A stretch of DNA of 63,955 bases, counting the filler, from Octopus bimaculoides (taxonomy: Eukaryota): assembly GCF_001194135.2 (NCBI RefSeq). It is 5 parts of 2 records of this genome, joined end to end, with 100 filler letters (N's around TTAATTAATTAA, not from the genome) between each part and the next. Parts side by side here need not be neighbours in the genome. Positions count along the whole stretch, not along the records: positions 32,037 to 40,945 come from NC_069005.1; positions 41,046 to 60,960 come from NC_068991.1; 3 more parts are not named here. One strand, 5' to 3'. Made by a program: the position numbers and the translations under genes. Of the stretch, positions 35,392-46,997 are shown piece after piece (position 1 is the first letter of the stretch; every line of letters starts with the position of its first letter). The notes below the pieces were generated by a model that saw nothing but the letters and a program-made list of their open reading frames with translations, was not told the origin of the DNA and searched no databases.

Positions 35392-35790
35392 TGTTTGGTT
35401 AGAAGTTTACTTTCCAACCTCATGGTGCCGGGTTCAGTTCCACAACATGGCACCTTGGGGCAAGTGTCTTGTACTATAGCTTCTGGCTGACCAATATTTT
35501 TGCGTGGGTTTGGTAGGCGGAAACTGAAGAAAACCCGTCGTATCAAATATATACATGTGTGTGTGTGTGTGTGTGTGTTTCCCTGTCCTCCACCAACACT
35601 TGACCGCTGCTGTTGGTTTGTTTACGTACCCTTAACGTAGAAGTTCGGCCAAAAAGACCGATAGGATAAGCATCAGACTTGAAGAAAAAAATAAGTATTG
35701 AGTGTCGATTCATTCAACTAAACAAACAAACAAAAAATCTTTCATCGTTACCCCAGCATGGCCACAGTTCTATGACCGAAACAAGGAAAT
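35392..35790 (+). mobile_element. SINE family C, near full length with a short internal (GT)n
   Basis: GGTTCAGTTCCAC..CATGGCACCTTGGGGCAAGTGTCTT...GGAAACTGAAGAAAACCCGTCGTAT-(GT)n-...AGTTCGGCCAAAAAGACCGATAG...CCAGCATGGCCACAG..TGACCGAAACAAG. Confidence 0.82.
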
Positions 35791-36089
35791 GATTTTTTTT
35801 TTTTAATTATAATAAAAATAAAGGGGAATAATTCGAATAAAATCAGATAACTGAAATTCCTGAGAATAAAGACAACGCAGATTGTAGTGAAATAATTACA
35901 AACTACATACGCTCTTTCTCTCTCTCCCCCCTCTCTCTCTCTCTATTTCTCACCTCTGAAACTAGGAGGCTGCTCATCCGCCTCTGCCGCACAGACCCAC
36001 CTCACCCCTCTTCACATGTACACGTGCCGCTTCCCTTTAGTCATTCTTGTCCGGATGAATTAGTAAACACAAACGTATGTTTGTGCAGA

Positions 36090-36201
36090 AACACCACTAC
36101 GACTACGGCATATACCATCACCATCACCATCACCATCACCATCAACAACTATCATCACCATCATCATCATCAACACCATAATCTTCTCTATCATCAGCCA
36201 C

Positions 36202-36254
<53 letters not shown>

Positions 36255-36450
36255 ATACTACCTTGTGCAACTGCTACAGCCAGCGCCACCATCACAGCCC
36301 TCATCCTTACCACCACTGCCACCATCCCACCACAGCATCATCATCACCACCATCACCATCACTGGCACCGCCCCCCCACCACCACCACCACCACCGTCGC
36401 CACTATTGCAGACAACGCCTTCACCACCATCACCACCACCTCCACAATTC
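36090..36450. repeat. (CAT)/(CAC) triplet tract
   Basis: Perfect (CAT)n at about 36203-36253 within a degenerate CAC/CAT field. Confidence 0.93.
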
Positions 36451-36598
36451 ACCCACCCGGCTTGTTCACAGCTCTTATACCTCATTAAAATATACTCGTA
36501 AAGAGTCCACACATTCGCATACACACACATGCACCCAACCCTACACGCAATCACACACACACACACACACACGCACATATGTATATATGTATGTGTAA

Positions 36599-36630
<32 letters not shown>

Positions 36631-36649
36631 ACGCATGTCTATGTGTGTG

Positions 36650-36778
<129 letters not shown>

Positions 36779-36843
36779 AAATTAACAGGTTGACTTACTT
36801 CCTCTTGTTAAAGTTTCTTTAGATATTTCGAAGCTTACTATAC

Positions 36844-36919
<76 letters not shown>

Positions 36920-37122
36920 ATGTATGTATGTATATGTATGTATGGTGAGTGCAAAGTTGTATAGTTCGTTACTTGTTACATGTATACATGTGTGAAATAT
37001 TTCTTACTCCACCGACTGACGTCATCGGCATCAAAATAAATGAACGCGCCTTATGAAACACGGCCAACACGTGCCAACAATTACAACGGGGAACAGGTGA
37101 AATATTATACACACGCACACAT

Positions 37123-37161
<39 letters not shown>

Positions 37162-37328
37162 TAGATGCATACACGCATGCGCACACGCAGACACACAAGC
37201 ACACNNNNNNNNNNNNNNNNNNNNNNNNNNNNNNNNNNNNNNNNNNNNNNNNNNNNNNNNNNNNNNNNNNNNNNNNNNNNNNNNNNNNATATATATATAT
37301 ATATATATATATATACGTACACATATAT

Positions 37329-37556
37329 ACAGTGAGCAAAAATCTCGAGAAGTTCATGGAACAAATAGGGGCTGCAATAAGGGTGGAGCACTTGCAGAAA
37401 ACAGCACTGCTTGGGACCGCTCGAATACTCGAGAAGGTGCTCGAAAACTAAGAGGTGTTACCTTAGTTCACTGGTAGTGAACAGCTGACACCGTAGTACA
37501 TCTCCAGCGTTAGAAGCTGTGCAAAGACAATTATAATAATAATAATAGTAATAATA
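37329..37556 (+). mobile_element. 3' end of an R4/Dong element with 3' UTR and (TAA)n tail
   Basis: TVSKNLEKFMEQIGAAIRVEHLQKTALLGTARILEKVLEN*, about 80 bp of UTR, then TAATAAT... The C-terminus is homologous to the 1151-1890 element. Confidence 0.85.
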
Positions 37557-38550
37557 CATGGGAGGCTGACGGAACAACTTCAGGATTGCTTCAATGGAGG
37601 AATAAATACCAAATTGGAATGGCTAGAGGGAGGACAATACTCATTATGAAGGATAAGAGCAAGGATAATATAGAATATAGGTAGCAACTATAGACCAATC
37701 ACTTGCTTACCATTAGTGTGGAAGCTGTTAACAGGAATGCTTTCAGAAAGCATTTACGAGCGCCTTGACAACCAAAAGTTACTGCCAGAAGAACAGAAAA
37801 GTTGTAGGAAGAAGACTAGAGGAACACATGATCCAACATATATAGACAAAGCAGTTCTAAATGAAATAAAAGCTAGAAAGAAAAATCTAACAATAGCATG
37901 GATAGATGGTAGGAAAGCCTATGACATGATTCCACATTCATGGATAAGTGAATGTTTGAGTATATTCAGTATAGCAGACAATATAAGAGAATTAATTAGC
38001 TTTAAGATGAAGAAATGGAAAGTAGATCTATACTCAAGTGACACACTCTTAGGGAAAGTTAATATCAAAACACGAATTTTTCAGGGGCACTCGTTGTCCC
38101 CTTTAATATTTGTCTTAAGCTTGATCCCCCTCAGTTCAGTATTAAGGAAGGCAAAAGCAGGGTATCAGTTCAGAAATAGTAATGCAAAAATTAACCCTTT
38201 GCTCTACATGGATGATCTGAAGGTTTTTTTAGTAAGAATGAAAAGAGATAGATTCCTTAACACAGACTGTAAGACTCGTCAGCAAAGATATAGGCATGGA
38301 ATTTGGCATTGATAAGTGTGCAATATTAGTCATGAGAAGTTAGTACTCTGTCAGATTCTAATACTCCCTAAAGATCTGAACAGATGGATAGAGGAAATAG
38401 GCATAAAACCCAGTTTAGTATAGCTCTGGAAAACAGTATTGTTAGGGACAGCTAGGAAACTTAGGAGGGTTCTTGGCATCTGAAGTTACTCGCTGTAACC
38501 CAATAGAAGGGTTCTTGGCATCTAAGGCTACTTGTTGTAGCCTGATGTAT
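37557..38550 (+). mobile_element. R4/Dong retrotransposon: reverse transcriptase pseudogene fused by internal deletion to the ORF C-terminus
   Basis: NYRPITCLPLVWKLLTG...WIDGRKAYDMIPHSW...IFQGHSLSPLIF...LYMDDLK (YMDD at about 38205-38216)...DIGMEFGIDKCA, then KDLNRWIEEIG...KTVLLGTARKLRRVLGI* ending at 38483. Confidence 0.92.
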
Positions 38551-38564
38551 ATGAATATATACAT

Positions 38565-38665
38565 TCGAGGTCAATGAAATAAGTGACAGTTATGCACTAG
38601 GGTCGATGTAATCGACAATTCCATTCCCCAAATTTCAGGTCTTGTTCCTGTAGTGGAAATTATTA
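38565..38665 (+). mobile_element. SINE family A, 3' half
   Basis: GAGGTCAATGAAATAAGT...GGGTCGATGTAATCGAC...AAATTTCAGGTCTTGTTCCTGTAGTGGAAA. Confidence 0.72.
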
Positions 38666-39205
38666 TAATTGTTGTTGTTGTTGTTGAGTGCGCTTTATGT
38701 ATGCAACTGTGCGTGTATTGTGTGGGCGTGTGGGCGTCTTTGCGCTTTGCTGACAGAAATATTAAAAAAAACTAAAACCTGTTAGGAAATTAGATTATCA
38801 GGGATAGACAGAGATAGACAAAGATAGAAGTGGGACAGATGAAGAAGAATAAGAAGGACAAGCAGAAGAATAAGAAAGCAGAAGTTGCAGAAGACTTGTT
38901 GATGACAAAAAAAGCTACTTCCAAAAATAGAATAATCTTCGTAAAATTAGTTACAAGACACACAAAAAACGAGAGCGAGCGGGAGACAGAGAGAGAGAGA
39001 GAGAACGAGAGTCTTGTGTGGTAAGAAATGTGAGTGGAGACAAAAATATTGTGATAAGGAAATCAATAAAATTGCATCAGAAAATATGTTTGTGTGGAGG
39101 GAAGATGTCTATGTGTGTATGTGTTCGTATGTAGGTGTATGCGTCTCGATGTCTACCTGCGTGGGAATGCGTTCACACACACACACACACGCACAGATAT
39201 CTATA

Positions 39206-39444
39206 TTGGGTTGGTGCATAATTATTGCGGCTCTTTTTTTTTTTTCCAACAAATTTTATTCAACGAAAGCAATAACAATATTTAACAAAAACATCTTTAA
39301 ATGATGGCCTGATCGTCTGCCAAGCAAATGGGAAGCAGTAATTGAAGTAGATGGTGAATATGCTCCGGAATAATCATTCAAAGATGTTTTTGTTACATGT
39401 TGTTATCGTTTTTGTTTGAATAAAATTTGTTGGAAAACAGCCGC
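39206..39444 (+). mobile_element. mariner-derived MITE: long inverted repeats around the transposase C-terminus; outer right end missing
   Basis: TA|TTGGGTTGGTGCATAATTATTGCGG is similar to the Hsmar1/MADE1 TIR. Inner arms CCAACAAATTTTATTCAA...AAAAACATCTTTAAATGAT are mirrored at about 39372-39437. The spacer encodes DRLPSKWEAVIEVDGEYAPE*. Confidence 0.82.
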
Positions 39445-39635
39445 GGCGCTTTTATGGAGCGGCACTTTTGGGTCTGCTGCATAAAGCCAGAAAAGGGGAG
39501 GAGGAAGGGTGGGGTGGAACACACCGTAGCTACGTCCTTGTCCGACGCAGATTCTTAAGCTATCTGTTCTAATTTCTCTTTCTTCCTCATCCTTGAAATG
39601 AGAGAACCAGACTGCGTTTTCCATCTCTGAAAGAG

Positions 39636-39639
<4 letters not shown>

Positions 39640-39720
<81 letters not shown>
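39640..39720. repeat. (GT)n microsatellite
   Basis: About 38 GT units. Confidence 0.97.
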
Positions 39721-40032
39721 GTGTGTGTAAGAGAGAAAAAGACTCCTCGTATATTGCGTGTGGGAGAGAGAGAGGGGGGGAAGACTCCTCCGATGTGTGT
39801 ATATGTGTATGAGATAGAAAGAGACTCCACGTATGTGCGTGTGTATGTGTGTGCACGTGTGCGTGTGTGTGAGAGAGAGGGAATCCTCGTATGTGTATGT
39901 ATGTGTGTGTGAGAGAGAAACAGAGATACCTCGTCCGTATGTGTGTCTGGGCGTGTGTGTGTGTACGTGTGCATGTATGTATGTGTATACATTATTACGC
40001 AGAGTAAATTCTTCGTTTATTCAGGGAGTATA

Positions 40033-40260
40033 AAGTCGAACAGCTGGCAGAATCGCTAACTCTAAAGCTTCCCTGAATATTTTCGAGTATTACGTTCTGA
40101 GTTCAAATTCCGTTGAGGTCAACTTTTCGAACAAAATTTCAGATCTTGTTCCTATAGTAGAAAAAAAAAATACCGTAGTAGCCCAAATCAAGCTGGATTT
40201 GAACTCAGAGCGAAAAGCACCGTGACTAAATATCACAAACCATTTTGTCCATGGTTCCAC
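40033..40260. mobile_element. Two SINE family A remnants in opposite orientation (+ 40033-40170 internally deleted; - about 40190-40260)
   Basis: GTTCTGAGTTCAAATTCCGTTGAGGTCAACTTT joined directly to the tail AAATTTCAGATCTTGTTCCTATAGTAGAAAA; then GGATTTGAACTCAGAGCG. Confidence 0.65.
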
Positions 40261-40837
40261 GAAGTCTGTTGATGCATCTCCCTGATTGCAGACATATATT
40301 ATTACGTTTTAAATGCACACATTTGTATGCACATAACCTCCTATATACGAACACATGTACAGACACACACATACGCACGCACATAATGTTGTACACACAT
40401 ATACACACACATACATACACACACAGACATACATACATATATATATATATACATACATACATACGCCGCACAGTCACACATACACAAAGAAATACAAACA
40501 TATGTACATAACACCTACACATATATGTATGTATATGTATGTATGTGTGTGTGTGTGTGTGTATGCAAGCTTTATATATACATGTATGTGTGTATGTGTG
40601 CATGTATGTATATATACTATACATATATCTGTATGTATGTTTTATATATATGTGCATATGTATCTATGTACGTACATATGTATATGCATGTGTGCATAAT
40701 ATATATATGTGTATATGGATATATATATACATACATATATATATATATATACACATATATATATATATATGTATAATATATGTATGTATTATATATATAT
40801 ATTATATATATATATAATATATATGTTTGTGCGTATA

Positions 40838-40880
<43 letters not shown>

Positions 40881-41750
40881 TATATATATAATATATATAT
40901 ATTTAATATATATATATGTATGTATGCATATATATATATACACATNNNNNNNNNNNNNNNNNNNNNNNNNNNNNNNNNNNNNNNNNNNNTTAATTAATTA
41001 ANNNNNNNNNNNNNNNNNNNNNNNNNNNNNNNNNNNNNNNNNNNNTATATATATATATATATATATATAAATATATAACAAAGTTATTTTATTCTATGCA
41101 GGTGGAAATATAGGAAAAATAGGAGTTGAAAATGCACTGAGAATAGTTAAAATATATTTTTAATTATTATATTTAAAGTTTTATCGCACGGACGCAGCGG
41201 GAAGCATACAAAAGATTCTAAATTTAGCCATGAGTTCATTCTCTACAAACACTTGACAGAAAACATACAGAGCATTAATTGTTTCGACATGTTCAGTCAA
41301 CCGTGCCAGCCTTAGATTACGACGCCAAATATTGTCACTTGATCCTAACACAAGGACATAGCGGGGAACCTAAGAAATTTCTAAGATCAGTCATGTAACT
41401 ATGCTCTACCAATTAAATCCTGTTTAAAACATATATTATTTTGAGTCATGAACTCCCTATAAAAATAGGACAAGCATCACACACTAGTCAGAAGCAAGAC
41501 CACTGCAATATAAGCCACGTCTTTGTAATTCAACTTCTTGAAAATCAGTGTAAAATGTGAAACCAGTTAAAATTTTAGAAATTATAATAATAAATGCATA
41601 ATACACACACACGCGTGAACGCAAACGCACACCCGCATATACACATACGCATATATATACATGCACATAGTAATATACACATAGTGCTTTCGTTGTGACA
41701 AGACGTATTTCTCATAGCTCAGGCCAGCAGTCAGAAACCAAAGAAACAAA

Positions 41751-41982
41751 AGGCTGTGAGCTGGCAGAAACGTTAGCACGCCGGGTGAAATGCTTACCGG
41801 TATTTCGTCTGCCACTGCGTTCTGAGTTCAAATTCCGCCGAGGTCGACTTTACCTTTCATCCTTTTGGGGGCGATAAATTAAGTACCAATTACGCACTGG
41901 GGTCGATGTAATCGACTTAATCCCTTTGTCTGTCCTTGTTTGTCCCCTCTATGTTTAGCCCCTTGTGGGCAATAAAGAGATA
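41751..41982 (+). mobile_element. SINE family A, full length, young-looking, third tail type, with TSD
   Basis: Near-consensus A/B boxes; tail TAATCCCTTTGTCTGTCCTTGTTTGTCCCCTCTATGTTTAGCCCCTTGTGGGCAATAAAG. Flanked by AGAAACCAAAGAAACAAA (41733-41750) and AGAAGCCAAAGAAAGAAA (41983-42000). Confidence 0.92.
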
Positions 41983-42380
41983 AGAAGCCAAAGAAAGAAA
42001 TTTCAACTCAAATTAGCTGTAACTCTCCTTGTTTTTAGTCCCAGGACCCCTGAATTCTATCTTATCATCGGAGAATAAATTTACACAAGTCTATATACCA
42101 CCTGGAGAAACAAATATATACCAGCAATACCTGCAAAATAAAAACTAATACCAAGATTAGTTCTAAAACTAGAATCGTGAGTACAATTACTTTCTCTTGA
42201 TTTTTATTAGACACACCGCACTTTCTGATTTGTACAAAATACACTGAAGTCTCTCACACACACCCAGATATAACCACGCATTTCCGAAGATATCAACATA
42301 TATATACAGCACATTTACGATCGTACATCAAATCATCAATAACTATCCTACAATGTATAATACTGTTCTATCCACTGAAT

Positions 42381-43255
42381 ATGGTCAATAATTTTCAAAA
42401 CCGTCCGTGGGTAGAAAATAAAATCAGTGTACTGATGAACGCTTGGTACGCTCACCCTCACGATTGTGTAAAAACCAATAACTACGGTAAAATAGCCGAA
42501 AAATTAGCGTCACAGTCCTTTTACAGATTTGTAAAAGAGATCGAAAACAAAATAAAAGAAATCACAAAAAACATTTCATACCTTACACACGCACATGGTA
42601 AAACTAGAAGCTATACTTGTGCGCCAACTGACCCAATGCCAACAGGTCAGGGGTAACCTAAATGACCCGTTAGTCAGCAGCAAACAACAACCACCTTCGG
42701 ATCGCTATCTAACCTAATTCCATCCAATACCACTGTGGCCAGCAGGGACTCACTACCACAACAAAAGCTACTGCTACTACATTGGAATCATCTTGTTTGG
42801 TATCACTGTCCGACATGATTTCACCCAGCCCTACCGCTGCAACCCAAGTTTCACTGCCGCTCCAAGAAGAAGAAGAAGAAGACGGATGGGAGCACTGACC
42901 AATGAGTCTGCCAATATAGAGAAAAACCTCTACTACGAATCCTGCCGTTACTATTCCCAACAAAGCTGTAGATTTGGCTCCAGCAGCACCAACTACAAGG
43001 GACGCTGTCCTTTTTCTCCATCTTACCTCTTCATATGGTACAACAGGAAAAATCAGCCCTCAACTTCACCCCAAATACTGTCCTAAATACAAAGTCCATG
43101 GTCCTGGTCCTAAATATGGACGCACAAAATGCAAAGGTTCTACCTTCTTCCATCCTAACCTGAGCCAAAATTCTGTGTCACTAAGGATAAGCCTGATCCC
43201 AGAATGCAAGTACCACCATCTGAAGGGCACACAAAACGAACGAAAAAATATATGA
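42381..43255 (+). pseudogene. Degenerate ORF: Myb/SANT-like domain, S/T-rich and acidic linker, three CCCH-type zinc fingers (probable retrotransposon ORF1)
   Basis: RPWVENKISVLMNAW...YGKIAEKLASQSFYRFVKEIENKIKEI; TTTTKATATTLESS...EEEEEDGW; CRYYSQQSCRFG...GRCPF(fs)LH; HPKYCPKY..HG...FFHPNL...ECKYHHLKGT. Contains stops and at least 2 frameshifts. Confidence 0.65.
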
Positions 43256-43449
43256 ACAGCAACAGAGGAGTGCTACAACAACAACGAAAATAAATTAAAA
43301 CCACAATTCACCTCCTAAAATCAAACAACGAAGACAGAAATATAGGAAAACCGCAAAACCAAATAACATTAACATGAACTATGTATCACGGAATAATGAG
43401 TTAGCAGGGAAGCAAAAAATCACACAATTAATAAGGACGTAACACTCTG

Positions 43450-43754
43450 TTTGTAAAGGTAGAAACTCCGGGTTGATGTGAAGTATTTTGTATAATATAT
43501 ATAAATGAATAAATGGAGTTACACCATTTTATTCCTTTTGGAACAATACCAATGTTGTCTTCGAAACACGTGTCGGAAGTAAAAGAATTTGAATAACACC
43601 TGCGTTATTTAACTCGACCGTTGACTGAACACTATTCAATTTTTTTTCTCCGTGTTTTTCTCCTTGTCTCCGTATTCTTTCTGTTGAAGAGCGTAGCTCG
43701 AAACGTTAAAGACTTTCCGTATTCCCGAGCGTCATACTAATACATCCTTTTGTT
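43450..43754 (+). mobile_element. Penelope-like element terminal region with hammerhead-like motifs; continues into a gap
   Basis: CTTCGAAACACGTGTCGGAAGT (43559-43580) and TCTTT-CTGTTGAAGAGCGTAGCTCGAAACGTT-AAAGA (43676-43712). No PLE coding sequence is visible. Confidence 0.55.
43676..43712 (+). ncRNA. Minimal type-I hammerhead-ribozyme-like motif
   Basis: Stem I UCUUU/AAAGA; core CUGUUGA (A6 to U); extra A; stem II GAGC(GUA)GCUC; GAAAC-GUU with palindromic AACGUU. Confidence 0.6.
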
Positions 43755-44931
43755 NNNNNNNNNNNNNNNNNNNNNNNNNNNNNNNNNNNNNNNNNNNNNN
43801 NNNNNNNNNNNNNNNNNNNNNNNNNNNNNNNNNNNNNNNNNNNNNNNNNNNNNNNNNNNNNNNNNNNNNNNNNNNNNNNNNNNNNNNNNNNNNNNNNNNN
43901 NNNNNNNNNNNNNNNNNNNNNNNNNNNNNNNNNNNNNNNNNNNNNNNNNNNNNNNNNNNNNNNNNNNNNNNNNNNNNNNNNNNNNNNNNNNNNNNNNNNN
44001 NNNNNNNNNNNNNNNNNNNNNNNNNNNNNNNNNNNNNNNNNNNNNNNNNNNNNNNNNNNNNNNNNNNNNNNNNNNNNNNNNNNNNNNNNNNNNNNNNNNN
44101 NNNNNNNNNNNNNNNNNNNNNNNNNNNNNNNNNNNNNNNNNNNNNNNNNNNNNNNNNNNNNNNNNNNNNNNNNNNNNNNNNNNNNNNNNNNNNNNNNNNN
44201 NNNTATATATACATACATGCATACATACATATATGCATACATACATGCAAATGAAGACATACCTGAATAACAGTACAAATTGTTTGACTCAAAAGTTGTG
44301 ACTTTCAGCCAGGTATTTTAGGTTAATTTAAAGCATGATATTTTTCAAAGAATTTTCTCCATTCGGCTTTGATTAGGAACATTGTCTTGAAGTGGTCTTA
44401 ATTAAAAATGAGAATTGAGTCGATGAATGTGTCTCGCTATTATAATGTTATAAAATCTCCCGCAGTGGAATCCATTATTATTTTGCTGTGATAGAAAAGT
44501 TGGTAGATAGATAAATAGACAGATAGATTGATATTTTTATCACATTGAACGTACTTCTATTAGCCTCTATTAGAAATTCTTCCAGTACGTTTTGATGGAA
44601 TAGCATGAGGATAAAATATATAATATATGCTTGATTCAGCATTTAGAAAGCTTAACAAATGCTAAATTCGAGGGAGTGAAGCAAACTGCTATAAGTCATA
44701 ATCATATCAACATCAAAGGATTTTCTTTAAGCCTCCACCGATTATTAGCCAGTATGGCAAATTACTAGTAAGATTCTCAGAAGACGAATTGGCAATATCT
44801 TAATACAAGCATAAAGGAGAGATACAACGTAAATTGTTTCTTAATTTACTGCAGGAAATCGAATTTCTTGAGATGAAAGTTTGTTATATAACACACACAC
44901 AAACACATGCACCAACGAATACATACATACA

Positions 44932-44962
<31 letters not shown>

Positions 44963-44997
44963 GCGTGTATATATACATGTAATATGTTCGTATGGAC

Positions 44998-45030
<33 letters not shown>

Positions 45031-45041
45031 CATATATATGT

Positions 45042-45075
<34 letters not shown>

Positions 45076-45099
45076 GCATATATAAGCATAGATGTGTGA

Positions 45100-45137
<38 letters not shown>

Positions 45138-45772
45138 TGTATGTGCGTGTGTATGTGTATCCTGATGGAAACATTGGAAGCGGACATAAAATGATAATCA
45201 TGCACACACAAACACAGACACACACACACACACACACATATATAAAATCATTCATATACGCACATATAGAAATTAATGCTTGTTCAGTTCTCTTACAACT
45301 TCAACCATTTTTAGTCGTTTCAATATATATTTTATAAATATTTAAATTACTTTCTTCATCTTCAAAGATACATAAAAGTATTCATCGTGATATATAATAG
45401 CAAACTATATCACCAGTCGATATTTATTTATATATTTAAAACTTTCTCATTAAAAGATGAAATGTTAAAGTGCTGGGAGAAAAAGCAAACTAATAATAAC
45501 AAAGACACAACACGATAGTAAAATACGTGTATAAATATATAAACAACTACCTCTGCTTTTATAACTTCTGCATTTCGCTCTAATCTTAATAGTGATGTTC
45601 ATAAATTCATTCAGTTTGAACGGAAACATATGCAGTGATATTTTATATAAAGATGTGAGAAAACTCATATAAAAAACTCCGAAATTTGTAGACCTTTAAC
45701 TTAATTATCATTATTATAATTATCATGCCAAGATTTATCATATATATACGTACATGCATGCATGCATACACA

Positions 45773-45824
<52 letters not shown>

Positions 45825-45841
45825 TATACACACAACATATA

Positions 45842-46620
45842 CAGGGTGCCGTGAATAATTTTGTCATCTAAATTACGCAAAAATGAAAATAACACTGACA
45901 TGTCATTTTAACAGATATATTTACCAAACTTACATAAAAGTATATTGAGAGTAATGGAGGTATCACATTTTGTTGGCCTCTCGCTGAACTGCGACCCACA
46001 CATAATAATCAAGGGACTCTGAGTAGTTACGTCGCCAGATTTTAGGGGTGATGTAGTCGCAGAAATTGTCTGACAGCCATGACTAGGCTCTCCTGCCCTG
46101 CTTGCGTAGCATGTTGCAGAGGCATGTTGTCAGACACAGGGCCTTCCAGCAGCTACCTTCTTGAGCCAGGGTAGCACTACCTCCTCTAGGCACTTGATGT
46201 AGGCCTCCGTGTTGATTCTCAGACTGTGTGGGAAGATGAATTGAGGCATAATGTTGCCATCACCACTGATCATTCCTAACAACACGATGTTGACCGGATG
46301 CTTGATTTTTATCACTGTCGGTATATGTTTTAGGGATACGGCAAGCCGACGGTTGTTCTGTGATTCACCCTCTGATCTTGGCAGAAATATTTCTTGTCTG
46401 AGGAAAACCAAAGTGTGTTCAGATGGAAGAGATGCTTGCGTTCAAAAGCTACGTAGCGCGGTCTCTCCTCTTGTCCTTGAAAATAATACCGATATGCCAT
46501 TGGTGAGTTGGGAAATATGTCCAATAAGTTAACCTTGCTTAAGGCTTTCTCTCTCTCACCGATTCTCGCCGTGTTTGTGAGCTGCCTCCTCTTCCATTCG
46601 CCTCATGTGTACTTTGACTC
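45842..46620 (-). mobile_element. maT/DD37D transposon remnant, 5' end lost
   Basis: TA|CAGGGTGCCGTGAATAATTTTGTC terminus. Minus-strand LWFSSD.K.F.QDQ...IKHPVNIVLLGMISGDGNIMPQFIFPHSLRINTEAYIKCLEEVVLPWLKKVAAGRP...DYYVW. Confidence 0.85.
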
Positions 46621-46780
46621 TCTCTGTCTCCCTTGTCTCCTCATCCCATTCTCTAATTTGTATTCTTCCATATTAAATATTTACTTTGAATATATTTCTC
46701 AGTTCATCATGGCTATCCAGCAAGCGACTCTATCTCTGATCATGTGTTCGAACTGAAGCGCTTACATCATGGAAGACCAA

Positions 46781-46997
46781 TTTTGATATCAAAATTTGGC
46801 ACAAGGCCAGCAAACTTGGGGAAAGGGAAAATTCGATTACAACGACACCAGGGTTCAACTGGTACTTCTTTTCTCAATTCCGAAAGGATGAAAGGCAAAG
46901 TCACTTCGGTGGAATTTGAACTCAGAACGTATAGACGGACGAAATGCTGCTAAGTATTTTGCACTGCGTACTAACGATTCTGCCAACTCACTGCTTT
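46781..46997 (-). mobile_element. SINE family A (second tail type)
   Basis: AAAATTTGGCACAAGGCCAGCAAA...GGATGAAAGGCAAAGTCACTTCGGTGGAATTTGAACTCAGAACG...AACGATTCTGCCAACTCAC. Confidence 0.85.

Noticed and set aside
41340-41420. Minus-strand AATTGGTAGAGCA resembling a tRNA D arm
   Set aside because: No matching T-arm/B box or cloverleaf could be built.
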